From: Lophium mytilinum
Lineage: Eukaryota
Direction: 5' to 3'
Length of the DNA stretch: 64,000 nt
NCBI GenBank assembly: GCA_010093605.1
Contig: MU004182.1
Location: 1,707,032-1,771,031 of the forward strand
Translations under genes and position numbers: made by a program
Shown: in pieces, positions 1 to 11,766 of the stretch
Layout of the letters: each line of letters starts with the position of its first letter
Position numbering within the stretch: position 1 is the stretch's first letter
The notes under the pieces: generated by a model
Told to the model about the DNA's origin: nothing
Database searches by the model: none
Seen by the model: only the letters and a program-made list of their open reading frames with translations

Positions 1-649
1 CCGTGGTTCAAAAATCTCATTTCTCTAGGTCCGTTTAAAAGTGTCGTGCAGAGATCTGCCAAAGACAATTGTAAATTGCATGGAATGGCTCATGTTGGTG
101 CCTCTTAACACACTATGACTTGGATAAACTCCTATGTCATGATTCAGAGGGGCGTAGCGTCTATTCGTAAGAGCCTGCTGGATCATGCCTCGAGGGCGAT
201 TGAAAGCGAGGGACGGCAGATTGGAACATATCTGGAACGAAAGTGCTTTAGTATAAAGAATACGGACTCCCGTTTACGCTTCTCGTTGTTAGCCAGAAAG
301 CGTCTCTCATCACAGGTTCCTAGATCTGGGATCCAATAACCGGTGTAGAAGAGGGCTGTGATAAAGGACAAAAGACAGAAAGAAGAAGAATGAAGGGGAG
401 TATCGTATGCATATCTCATCGTAGCCGCACGTCTATAGTAGTCACCCATACCCAAGCAGCAGCCATGACCCTGCTCACCGACCCATCCAGCCCCAAGCGT
501 TCCCAATTACTTCCACCCGAGCGGAGCGGACTCAAGCTGTCAAATGCTCTGTACGTCACTAGCACCGCGACTCAGCTCTAGAACACCATCCTGAGTCGAG
601 GTAAGGATGGTATTCTAGGATCAATCTATCGCCTCCAGCCGCCCCCAGC

Positions 650-2496
650 TTATGCACTACCCAGAGGCGGTGACGAATCCTTCGACCTCTCCTTCTCCTT
701 TTCCTTCTTGCTGCCCTTTTTGTCGTGCTTGTGCTCTTTCTTGGCTGCGGCCTCGGCCATGAGCTGCTCGAAGGCCATGTAGTCGCCTTCTTCGTCTGGG
801 TCTCGCGCAGCCTATCCGAAATGTTAGCTGCTAGAATCCCACTGAAACAAAAATGACACGGGCGAAGCTTACCTTGCTGTGCATCTCCCCGATAATCATC
901 AGCGCCTCCGCCCTCTCAATCCTCTTCTCCAGCTTGACCTTCTTATCGTTCAAGACGCGGTCGCAAACTTCCCGTAGCACACTCTGGATCTCAAACTTGC
1001 TCCCCCGCCACGCCGCCGCAAGAATCTTGCCCGTAACCCTCTTCTCATACTCGGCCTTCTTCTCATCCGTCCAGTCCTCACCCCCCTTCTCCTCCATCTT
1101 CGCCATCTCCTCCATCGTCATCTGCGCATCAATCGCCGTGCTAATAGTCGTCCACGTCTCCTTCGCCAGCGTCCCCTTATCCTTAACTCTAGAAAAGAAC
1201 CCCGCAATCCCCAGAAACTTCTGACTCTTCAAGAACCCCGACGCCTTCTGCAAATACGTCGCACCAATCGCATGCATGATTTCCAGCCCAAAGCTCTCCA
1301 TCTTCAGATTCTCAATCTCGAGCTGCGTCTTGTCCTTGAACGCTTTCGTGACGTCCGCGCCCTTGTCCGTCTCGGTCCACACGCTGATGCGGTCGATGAG
1401 CTTCTTTTGGAGATTCGAGACGCGCTCTTCGCGGATCTTTTTCCGCTCGAGCTCGTATGCGGCGAGTTCTTCGCGCTGCTCTTTGCTTAGCCCCTTCCGC
1501 TTCTCCTTCGCGCGGAGCTCCTTCTCGGCATCCGTCACGCCCGCTGCTTCCAGTCGCGCGTCTTCTTCTGACCGGTCCATCACGGCGAGGCGGGTGGGGA
1601 GCCCGCGGCCGCTGCGGGGCGTGCTGGTGCCCGAGGCCGAGGGGGTGATGGGGGTGTTTACGGCCGCGGCGTGCGCTGCGTCTTTGGCGGCCGCATCGTC
1701 TGCGGCTATGGGCGTGTCTACGGAGACAGAAGGGGGAGGGGGCGCGGCGAAGGGAGTTGCGCCGGCTGCAGGTGGGGGAGAGGAGGACTTCGAGCCCTCG
1801 GCGGCATCTGGGTATGAGGGCTCGGCAGAGGCAGAGGCAGCGGCGGCTTGAGCTTCCTGTTCTTCCGCCTCTCGCATCGATATATCCATGGTTTTTGTGA
1901 GGTCCTTCATGAGTGATATCTCTCCGATCCTGGTGTCTGTTAGCCATGCTCACCCATGAACTCCCCAGCTCATCTACGATTATGGGGAGATTGGGGTGGT
2001 TCGTACCAGTCCACAAACGCATCGCCACCGAATATCATCCCAAAGAACTCCGCCGGATCCTCTGTCTAGCGTCAGTATTCCATCTCACATCGCGGCGGGG
2101 AGATCAGAACACGTACCGAACCCACTATGCGGCACCGCACCCTCTTTCCCAAACTTATCATATTGCTTTCGTAGCTGGTCATCGCTGAGTACCTGATATG
2201 CCTCTCCAATCTATCCCTCCGTAAGCCAAGGTCCTGCGCGACGAATTTCTCCCAGATAGCGGGGCAGCCGTTCCAGGGCACATACGATCTGGAATTTCTC
2301 GTGGGCAGTAGCATCGTCCGGGTTTTTGTCTAGACATCTGGTCAGGAGCTGCGAGAGACGAAACACAGAGTGGTGGGCGGTGGTGTTTACCAGGATGCAG
2401 CTTTATCGCGAGTTTGCGGTATGCTTTCTTGATCTCGAGCTCGGTGGCCGTAGGCGGGACCTGCAGCGCATCGTAGTATGCCGTGTCGACGACCAT
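650..2496 (-). CDS. DnaJ/Hsp40 protein with DnaJ-X domain (Djp1/Caj1-like), multi-exon
   Basis: Start [41 protein letters not shown], with the HPD motif split by an intron. DnaJ-X region [17 protein letters not shown]...[22 protein letters not shown]. Last intron 812-872, then [21 protein letters not shown] to TAA at 650-652. Confidence 0.92.
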
Positions 2497-3296
2497 GGTT
2501 GTAGGGATAGGGCGTTGGGAGAGGGAGAAATGAGGAATAGGGTCGAGGGTGTTGTTGCTGGTAGAGCAGCCTGGCTTTCGTTGACGCGGCACAGGGCTGA
2601 GTAGGTTGACGTTTTTACTCGGCTTCACCTGCAGTTCAGTGACGTCCTTTGCAACCGAGAATTTTGGAAGGTGAGACAACAGGCCACCTTTTTGCTTTGG
2701 TCTGCGTGGTGTCGGATTCATTGATATATTCACAAGCAAAGGAACAGTAGGTTTAAATCATGCACTCATGATTTCATATCGGTAGGAATCTATCAACACA
2801 GGTATCCACCTCCACCACTTCCGCTATCACACGGACAGCCCAAAAAGGAAAATGACCACTAAGGGCTGAAATGACATCGCATGCCCATGCCACCCATAAA
2901 CCCTTTCAACGCCATGCTAACCGGGGAATGTGTTGTTCCTGATCGACCAGTATACAGAAACCCACTTTTGCCCCTTGTCCCATCGAGGATTCACAAGCCC
3001 ATGATGATCCTTCCATTGTCGCAAATGAGGGGCCAGAGGCTACAACGCCACGCAATACCCTTCGATTGGGATCGGATCGAGTTGTCGTTCAGGAAATCGG
3101 GGGATAGTGAAGCTGAGTAAATGAAATTTGGGTAATTACCTTTGTTGGGAGTCGATAGGTCCGATGTCAGCGACGTAAACGTCGAAGGCGAAAGCGTACT
3201 GCGTGAGGCAAGCGAGCCTCAGACGCACCATTTCTTGCCCATCTGTCGTCCATACATCGACGCCTAAACCACCAACTCGGTTAGTACCGCCCCGGC

Positions 3297-4206
3297 TTAC
3301 ACCGTCATCTTCGCTTTTGCGCGGGTACTTCCCGCATGAGCACTGTCGGTGTGTCCTGAGAACTCGACCACCTCATTGCTGCTCTCCAGGCCCAAGGCCT
3401 CTTTGAACTTCTTGCCGATCCGCATCAGAACCTCCTTTCCTTGCTCCGGCGTACGAGCCTTGGCGGTGCCGTTCTTTCCATCGCCTGCCTTGCCAACGGT
3501 GCGGGTCCACAAGCCGATGCGGTAGAACCCTTTGCGGACGTTGACCACTACGCCCATAACCTCGTTGTCGCCATCCTCCTCCAGGGTCTCGCCGATGGCA
3601 GCGAGCATGACATGCAGCCAGAGGGCGTCGATGTTGATGGCCTTCTTGTCCTTGAACTGGAAAGCCCACTTGCCGCCGTGCTTGTTCTGCGAGTCCTCCC
3701 ATTCCGGACGAACGCCTTTCTTGAAGAGATGGTAGTCGGACTTGAGGGCGAGCTCGGACGTCGAAGTGATGTTGTTCTGTCAAGCCAAAGTATCAGCACG
3801 GTTTCATAATGTCAGGATGCGTAGCTACAGTGAACCCACGTAGATGCCCCAGAACTCTTCGACTGAGTCGAACGAGATGACTTCTTTAAGCAAGTCATTC
3901 CAGTTGTCGCCCTATAGTACGTCAGTTACCGGCGCACCCTTTAGACCCACACATATGGCGCTCGGGAAGCATGCATACCTTGCCGCTTGGGGGCTTGGTG
4001 AACCACAGAGTCCAGGTGTTCATGAGCGGATGCTTAACATTGAAGTTGTCGGGGTCGTGGAATACGGTGACGGGCGCATCGTCGACGGTGTCAGCACTTC
4101 CGTTGCTCTTAGAGTTATCAGTGCCGCTGGTGGACTTGTCTCCGTCGGGGGAGATTGGGATGGTGTCAAGCGGGACCGGCTGCTGAGCAGATGCAACTTC
4201 AGCCAT
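3297..4206 (-). CDS. eIF4E: Eukaryotic translation initiation factor 4E (cap-binding protein), 3 exons
   Basis: KHPLMNTWTLWF, FDSVEEFWGIY, DYHLFKKGVRPEWED..NKHGGKW, LAAIGETLE, VMGVVVNVRKGFYRIGLWT. Two short GT-AG introns. Confidence 0.95.
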
Positions 4207-5218
4207 GTTGGATGTGTTTTCGGAAGGCGAAATCAGACAGGCTTTTCAGGCAAAGAGCTTCTTCGCGGACGATCGGCGAAGCGGTTCTCAGTAGCGAGCC
4301 AGTGCTTCAGTGAAACAGAGCAGTGACTGAAGATAAAGACGGACTCGATTCTCGCTCTCGCACCGGGCTGGCGAGTAGAAAACGGGGCGCAGGAGATGGA
4401 AGAGGGTGATGAGGTAGTGTTTGTAGGCGACAGGTGAAGAGGGTAGTTGTGGTGTTGTTTGTCGAGGAAAGCGGTGGTGCTATTCGCGCCGTCTCCAACA
4501 GAGAAAATGCAGCAGGACCGGGTGCATGAAGGCTAGCGCCACCGCCCGGAATCCTTGGCGCCTTTCAAAACACCTCGCTTATGTCATCGCCCATTCCCGT
4601 TTCAGCACAGTCTGCTTTCTTTACGTATCGCGGCAAAAGGACAGCACAACAGTGTGGCAGCTTCAAATACGTTGGCATTTTATAGACAATGTGGTTGCTT
4701 ACAGGCTACATAACATCTCTCGAGCGAGTAGGTTCTCAAAAGCCACTCAGGCAAGAAAACGCGCCAACTGTGATACTCAGATAGCAACGTGAAACACTTT
4801 CACCACATGCTATGCACCAGCCAAGAGTCAGGTCAAGTCATAAGGAACTTCAAGATTTGATTGATAGACAGCTATCCAAAGTTGGTAGGTATGTCCACGT
4901 CCCCACAACGCACCAACCCCACTGAATCGAGGGTCGGCCCGTCGCAGTCTCGTTTCCAAGCAAGACGCGATTTCCATATAAGCACTTCTAAAGCGGCACA
5001 ACCGCAGCCATTGGTAAGGGCTGAATTGCAATTTGACATCCGTGCTAAAGCTCAACACCCGAACACATCGAATGTTGAATAACCATCGCCCACAACTCAT
5101 GATCCTGCAGCAGAGAGAAAGTAAACGGAAGGAGACAAACGTATTCAGGGTATGAAGGAGCGGCACAAGGCAGGCCAGCTATTATTGTTACAGGTCGGGA
5201 TATCATCAGTCTATTTAG

Positions 5219-6901
5219 CTACAGCTCCCCGTGCTCAGGCGTGAGTGCATTCTTGAGGTTCTCGTTGGTGAGAAGGTCGTTTCCAGCGAATCCAGAGCCG
5301 AATATGGTGTTTCGGATCTGGCTGAATGCGATGTCGAACCTTGCGCCTGCGAACCATGCGATCGTGACCTAGATGGTTGTGTCAGCAATACGATTTGTTT
5401 GGATCGGAATTGGAGACGTACCATGAAAGCAGTAATGACAAATAGTGTCAAGAAGACGGCGAGGCCCATGTAGATCATGTCCTGCTTGGCCTCCGCTGCC
5501 TCCTCCTTCTCCTTCGCCTCTTGTTCGGCGCTAATAAGCTTGGGGCCGCCCTTGGACTTCTGCGTAGGGAAAATGGATTCGATGAATTGTTCGATCTATA
5601 GACTTAGTTAGGTGCATCAGAGATATGCGCAGCTATGAACATACCTTGCCGCATGCAATGCTGATATTGAGGAAATTTGGGTCTTTGGGATTGTTCTTCT
5701 TGGAGATCCTTCGGGCGTACTTCCTGAAGGTATCGCAGACCATCTGAAGGTTTTGAGTTGAGTCCACCATGAGTTGGCAAGCCTGTCCTTTAGGAATCTT
5801 GACGTTCGTCTTCAAGACGTTTGGATTCCGGAAGCATACTTCCATGGTGGCGATGGCCATGGCTTGTGGAATTGCGCAGAAGTTGAACACGCTCTGCTCT
5901 TTGAGACCGGCGAGGTAGTAGAGACACTCGTCCGCACGTTGAAGGGAGATCAAGATCATCTCCGACGTGCAGTTGAGAGCTGCTTGCTGGTTCTCGGGCT
6001 TGAAGAGGTCCTCGAATTTGTCGACATGCTTTGACCAGATCTCCTTCGGGTAGAAGCGTCGCTTATCATCGAAATCTTCCTTGATGTCGCGCATTATGTT
6101 GACTTGTTGTAGGAACTGGCCCATGGATTCCATGAGCTCTGGCTTCTGCAGCAAGGCGGGGTTCGCCAGACCGGCCTCCACGAACAGGCGTGTGCAACCT
6201 TCTCCGACAAGACCTGCTACGTAGTGGCAATATAGTTCGTAGTCCTTGATGGTATTGACGCCGTGAATGTTGTGTTCAGCGTTGTTGGCATAATCAGCCA
6301 TACCGTTGCCCATCTTCTTTGTGATATCCTTGATGATTACCTTGTACGCAGGCTTGATCTTCTTGAACTCAGAGATGACGACGTTGAAATGTACGCAAAG
6401 CTCTCTGTCCTTTTCGTTCGGTCCGTTCTCGGTGAAGGTCCAGCCGTCCTTCTCCAGTATGGTGTCGAACCCTCGAAGCAGAGGTTCTTTCTTCTCAAGT
6501 GGTATTGTCATGTCATCCTCGATTGTGTCCAGCCCTCGTAGGATGAGGTAGAAAAGGCAAACAGGCACGAGGAGTTCGGGGTGTAGTTCTTTGATGACAG
6601 CGGCAAAGCTACGGCTGGTCATGTCGAGGTAGAAGAAGCATTGCTTCAGAGTCTCGCACTCTTTCGCTTCGTTGCGCTCATGTACGGGGTTGTGCCAGAC
6701 TTTCCTAAGCTATGTCAGTACTGAGGTTGTGCTGCTCGTGTCTCTGAGTTTTCAGATTGAATAGGACAGCAACGACCTGCGTCGTGAGCCCAGTCCTAAG
6801 TGAAGCTCTGGAAGGTATTGTCAGGGTGCGTACCATTGAATGATTGACCTCAACTCTGAGGGGTGGATGCCGTAGTAGGCGATGCTCGATAGTTTAACCA
6901 T
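5219..6901 (-). CDS. ERG9: Squalene synthase (farnesyl-diphosphate farnesyltransferase), multi-exon
   Basis: [56 protein letters not shown]-terminal transmembrane helix, ending ...EHGEL*. Confidence 0.95.
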
Positions 6902-7489
6902 GGTGAAATGTCTGCGTTTGTTTGTGGCTACGGCGAAGTAGGGAGGAGGAAGAACTGCTCAATTGTCAATTGCCCACAAGAAAGAGCCCGGCAGGTCAAG
7001 ATGAAGAGAGATTAGAGAAGAGCACAGCTATTTGTCGCGGACGCTGACGGTTCAAGTCCGACACGGTGTTCTGGAGGTCGAGGTTTCTCCGCAGCTCGCA
7101 GTTTGGATTTGGGGGTTAGTGCTGATCGGCAAATTTACAGAGCGTCTTGCCGCAAGAAGACGTCGCTCGATGGACTACAAATGCAGGCTGCTGCTCAGAA
7201 TACTCGTGTCTTTGGGAGGACGCAGAGCAGGGTGAATTGTTCCATGCCTAGTCGCTACGAAAAAATCCAGAGGCTGGGTTGTGGGTGGCAGAGCCTGCAC
7301 ACCTCAAACCCACCCGTGGCTAGTACCGCCGCGATTGGCTATCTACTCCGCGTAAGCTCCTGAATCCACCTCCGTTTGCCGAGCCTGTAGCTCCTTGCTG
7401 CGTCGCTGCATCCGTCCCGGCCGACGACCGCCTGTCAACTGTATCTACACCCAGAAAGGCACCATGTTTGACCCGAGGCTTCGAGAGTG

Positions 7490-7660
7490 CAGACCCAAAG
7501 ACCAAACCCCAAGACTCAAGGCCAAAGAAAAAGACCCGAGATAGAACCCCCAAGAAGAAGACCCCCATGAAAAGACCCCGTGAAGAAAATCCAAGAGACA
7601 TGCCCCAAGAGACAGTACTCAAGAGACAGACCCCAAAGACAAGACCCAACAGACAAGACC
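7490..7660. repeat. Degenerate A/C-rich repeat (AAGACCCC/AAGACAGA-like units)
   Basis: About a dozen imperfect AAGAC-core units immediately downstream of the stop of ORF 7679-8467. Confidence 0.6.
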
Positions 7661-7678
7661 GTCATAGGGAAGAGAAAG

Positions 7679-8467
7679 TCACCAAACATCTCCATTGTCC
7701 ACGTCCTCACTCAGCACCACATCGTATAGCTCTTCGTCATCCGCCTCGCAGCGAATCGTCATAAGACGAAACATCCCCTCCAGCCGCATACCAAGCGTGT
7801 TGACCTCAATCCGTCCCGAGACCTGCGTACTTCTCTGGAATCTTCTGATGCGTTTCCCTCCATTGAACGAAGCGTCGTGGTGCTCCGAGGAATGGCAGCC
7901 AATTTCGCTCAGCGCCTCTGCTAGCGAGGGGAACATCTTCAGTTCAGGCTCCGTGTCGTATATCATTGGCCAGGGAACTCCGGAATCCTCTCTCTTCGAC
8001 TTTGCGCTAATCACGAGCCGGGTGCCGTTGGTCAGATGGAGTTTTATGCGCTGTGGTGCTTCCAGAAACTCGCAGCAGCAGATGACTTGACCCTTGAGAC
8101 CATCCAAGTTGTCAAACTCCACTACGGCGCTTTGCGGACGGTCTAGCGCCGGCTGCTTCTCAGCGTAATGGAGCGTCGCTGCGGCAAAGACATCGGCATA
8201 AGGTTCGTGTGCTTGACCGGCTATTGTCTGCGGACGGGGAGCTCTGTTGTTCTTGTTCTTCGCGTTCTGTCGGCTACGCACACCCGCTTCAAATGTCCTG
8301 TTGCGTCCAACGGGTCCAAGAAAATCTGCCCTAGGTCGCTCGTTCGAAGGTCTCGGGGGCGTCAGCGGCGACATGCTTGGTCGCTTGGGGCTCAGTGGCT
8401 CTGCGATCGGTCTGTTTGGCTCGACCCAAGCTCCCTCGAAGGGGTTCTTCCACCTGGTAAGGCTCAT
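7679..8467 (-). CDS. Hypothetical protein, 262 aa
   Basis: Uninterrupted ATG-initiated ORF with plausible composition: disordered N-half and globular-looking C-half. No recognised domain. Confidence 0.5.
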   Translation of the reverse strand: MSLTRWKNPFEGAWVEPNRPIAEPLSPKRPSMSPLTPPRPSNERPRADFLGPVGRNRTFEAGVRSRQNAKNKNNRAPRPQTIAGQAHEPYADVFAAATLHYAEKQPALDRPQSAVVEFDNLDGLKGQVICCCEFLEAPQRIKLHLTNGTRLVISAKSKREDSGVPWPMIYDTEPELKMFPSLAEALSEIGCHSSEHHDASFNGGKRIRRFQRSTQVSGRIEVNTLGMRLEGMFRLMTIRCEADDEELYDVVLSEDVDNGDVW

Positions 8468-10340
8468 GCTTTGGCCTTCAGTGACCTACCCGTGGTTAGA
8501 AAGATACCCTCAAATTGACCAAAAAACCTACGTTGGGAGCTCTTCTTCTTCAATCGCGCGCTTTTCGCGTAAATCGGGTTCGTTCAAACAGCTGGACGCT
8601 TCTATCATCATACACTTTGAACCGTTAGCCCAGTCGGATTAGTGCAAAATCTGAACCTCCACGGCGCGGCGCAATGGGAGGCGGCGGCGGACGGTGTTGA
8701 GGAGCAAATGGCACCAAACGCCGATTTGCAAAAGTAGTGAACGCCAAGGGATATCACGTGCCTTCATTCACCATTTCGAGAGCAGCCACCCAACGCTTCG
8801 TCCAACGCTTTGCGTCCATCTCACCTACTATGTAGGTAGCAAACACATATGAAACTCTCGTCGTAGGTACCCTCTTTGTCTGCAGGAGATACATAATGGC
8901 GAATGCGCTCAGACCGGTTGTTGTTCACATTCGCAGCGCTTGCTGTGAAGTGAAGGGCCCATAGTACCACACTGAGGTGTAGTACGTGAAGGTACAATCA
9001 TGCTCTCTCCGAGCATCCCCTCGCCGATAGCCACGCGCGGTGGTGAAAGTTTGCGTGTTAATGCATCTTCCGCTCTATGCGGTTTAAGAAGTTCTGGAGG
9101 TCTCCTCTGCAGGAGTACGTAGAGCAGGTTTGCACTGTGCCGATTGTGTAGCTGCTTGTAGTTGAACAAGTCTTGTTGTCCGTTTGGCCTTTGACGGTAC
9201 GAAGCGTGAGCAGCGCGGTTGCTGGAACCTGTCAGGACGTGGTCTGTGATGTCATGGTAAGAGAGCAGACCTTGAACCTCACCTCTGCCTTCACGGTCTG
9301 GTGACTTGCGTTTTGCCACTCCTCTGCCACTGCTTGGGGTACCCCAACGGCTGTTTCAAATGCAAAGCACGATGTAGACTTCAATGCAGTGGGAATTATG
9401 CCACCTTTTGACTGACTGGGAACTTGCTAGCTGGAGGACTCCTCGCAGCGGCGTCACGCGAGCAAAGTTGCAGAGCTTACGCTGTGAAATACATATATCA
9501 CTACTTCATCAGCCTGAATACAAAGTGAAGATCGACACAGTAGGAATCAGACTATCCTGTAACTCGCGAAATGCCTGCTAGCTGTACTTCGCCCCACAGC
9601 GGTATCCATTCAGCAAAACTAGAGAGCTTGCTCAAGATATTGGAGGCATTATGTGATGACGGATATGAATGATTGAGGCGAATGACTGCTGGGGAAGTCC
9701 GCGAGGTGTCCCTTGATGGTCCAATTAAACTGTACTAGCGCTAGCGAACCATACGTGAAGGCACAGCCGAAGGAACTGAAAAAATAGGGAATAATTGAAT
9801 TCGATGATACTAACCACGACTACATACAATCCAGAACCATGTATCTCTTTGAAAATGCGGCTGTGTTCAAGGTTGTGGTGATAGAAAGGTACAATTCACG
9901 TGATCTCTCAGCTTACCACTCTACAAATTGTACCGAAGTGCTGGCACTCCACACATCCCTGCAAGTGCTGGCTCTCGGGCCCGAAGCAAGAAGGCGGCCG
10001 ACAACGACACAGGCAGCAACCGTCTCACTCACTGATACGCGGCCGGTCTGAACCATGTCACGGGCAGGTTCAGCCACTGAAGACGCTCGGAGGATATCGA
10101 GGGACCGATACCAGTAGCGGTGGCCCGTCTGCCTTCATGTCTGTGAAGTATAAGTAACTCGCGAGTCCGCTTCCTGATATCTCCTTCATCATCCTACAGT
10201 TCAAGCTTCATCTCAACGTCAATCGTCTCAAGCACCTATCATTTCATCACAAAAGCTCAGCTCTTTCTCCAGTCAAAATTTCAACCATCAAACATTACTA
10301 TTTCCACCCTCCCATATATCTCGCAAAACTCAACCCTAAA

Positions 10341-11561
10341 ATGGCTTCCCCAACCTCGAAACCCACCGTCGCTATCCTGGGCGCTGGACCTGCAGGTCTT
10401 ACCCTCGCCTCCCTGCTCCGTGTGCAATCAATCCCTTACACTATTTTCGACCTCTCCTCCGCCATTTCCACCGCCGGCGGAACGCTCGACCTGCACCCCG
10501 CAGCCGGCCAAGCCGCCCTCCGCGCCGCAAACCTCTGGACGCCCTTCACCAAACACGCGCGGCCGGAGTCCGACGTCATGAAAATCGTCTCCCCCGCCGG
10601 CGTCGTCCTCTGGGACGAGAACAAAGGCGCTGCGGACGAGCAACCCGCCGCAGAAACCGAAGACGACCTCTTCGGCGGCCGCCCCGAGATTGACCGCAGT
10701 GCACTCCTCTCCATCCTACTCGAGGGCGCTGGAGGCGCCGACGCCGTCACCTGGAACAAGAAGCTACTCGAAGTCATCCCAGCCGCCAACGGCACGCACA
10801 CTCTGCGGTTCGCCGACGGCACGGTTTCCGAGTCGTTCGATCTAGTAGTCGGCGCCGACGGCGCCTGGTCCAAAGTCCGCAATATCTTGTCTGCGACCAA
10901 ACCACACTATTCAGGCATCTCATCCCTCGAACTATGGTCCCTCGACGTCGCGAACCGCAACCCTTGGCTTGCCGCCTACGCCGGCGCCGGCAACTGCTTC
11001 ACGTTCGACGCCGACTGCGCCATCCAAGCCCAACGCAACGGCGACGGCTCCGTCCGCACCTACGCCAGCCTGCGCGTCCCCGAGACCTTCTTCGCAGACT
11101 ACGGGGTCGATTTCACCGCGCCAGACGCCGCGAAACACGTTCCAGCGTACGTGGAGAAGTACTTCGGCAATGTCGGCGATGATCTAAAGAAGATGCTGCT
11201 GTCAAGCACCGACAAAGTTATCCCACGCACGCTCTATCACCTTCCTCCCGGTTTCTCCTGGGAGGGCAAGCCCGGCGTGACCTTGTTGGGGGATGCGGCG
11301 CATGTGATGACTCCGTTCGCTGGAGTGGGTGTCAATGCGGCGATGTTGGATGCGCTGGAGCTTTCGAAGGCGATAGTGGCAGCTGCGCAGGAGCCGGAGA
11401 AGGGGGGCTTGGTGGAAGCTATTCAGGGGTACGAAAAAGAGCTGTTTCCTAGAGGAGAAAAGTATGCACGGAAGACGCTAAAGAATTTGGATGGCCACTT
11501 CAGGAAAGGGGGGAGTGAGGATATTGCGGCGATGATGAGGATGGTACATGCGCCGCATTGA
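10341..11561 (+). CDS. FAD-dependent monooxygenase, TetX-like, intronless
   Basis: GAGPAG Rossmann motif, GGTLDLH...GQAAL, RPEIDR, DLVVGADGAWSKVR, LLGDAAHVMTPFAGVGVNAAMLDA. TATAAG box near 10149. Confidence 0.92.
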   Translation: MASPTSKPTVAILGAGPAGLTLASLLRVQSIPYTIFDLSSAISTAGGTLDLHPAAGQAALRAANLWTPFTKHARPESDVMKIVSPAGVVLWDENKGAADEQPAAETEDDLFGGRPEIDRSALLSILLEGAGGADAVTWNKKLLEVIPAANGTHTLRFADGTVSESFDLVVGADGAWSKVRNILSATKPHYSGISSLELWSLDVANRNPWLAAYAGAGNCFTFDADCAIQAQRNGDGSVRTYASLRVPETFFADYGVDFTAPDAAKHVPAYVEKYFGNVGDDLKKMLLSSTDKVIPRTLYHLPPGFSWEGKPGVTLLGDAAHVMTPFAGVGVNAAMLDALELSKAIVAAAQEPEKGGLVEAIQGYEKELFPRGEKYARKTLKNLDGHFRKGGSEDIAAMMRMVHAPH

Positions 11562-11766
11562 AATGTGTTTCTTGGAGCGTATTAGCGATCGTTCTGTAGG
11601 ACTGGGATGCTATGCAATAGATACCTTTTTGTACTAGGCGTTTTCGTTCGCTTAAGAACTTAATTGAAGATTGGCTTCACTGAATAGACTTCCAAGGTTT
11701 GTCCAATGCACTTTCTGACTAATGATATTGGAAGACGTGCTATGTTTGACCTCCTACTGAACCACC

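Noticed and set aside
8909..9319. 136-aa ORF / possible kinase relic (YSCRGDLQNFL in another frame)
   Set aside because: Non-ATG start and no other kinase motifs; insufficient evidence.
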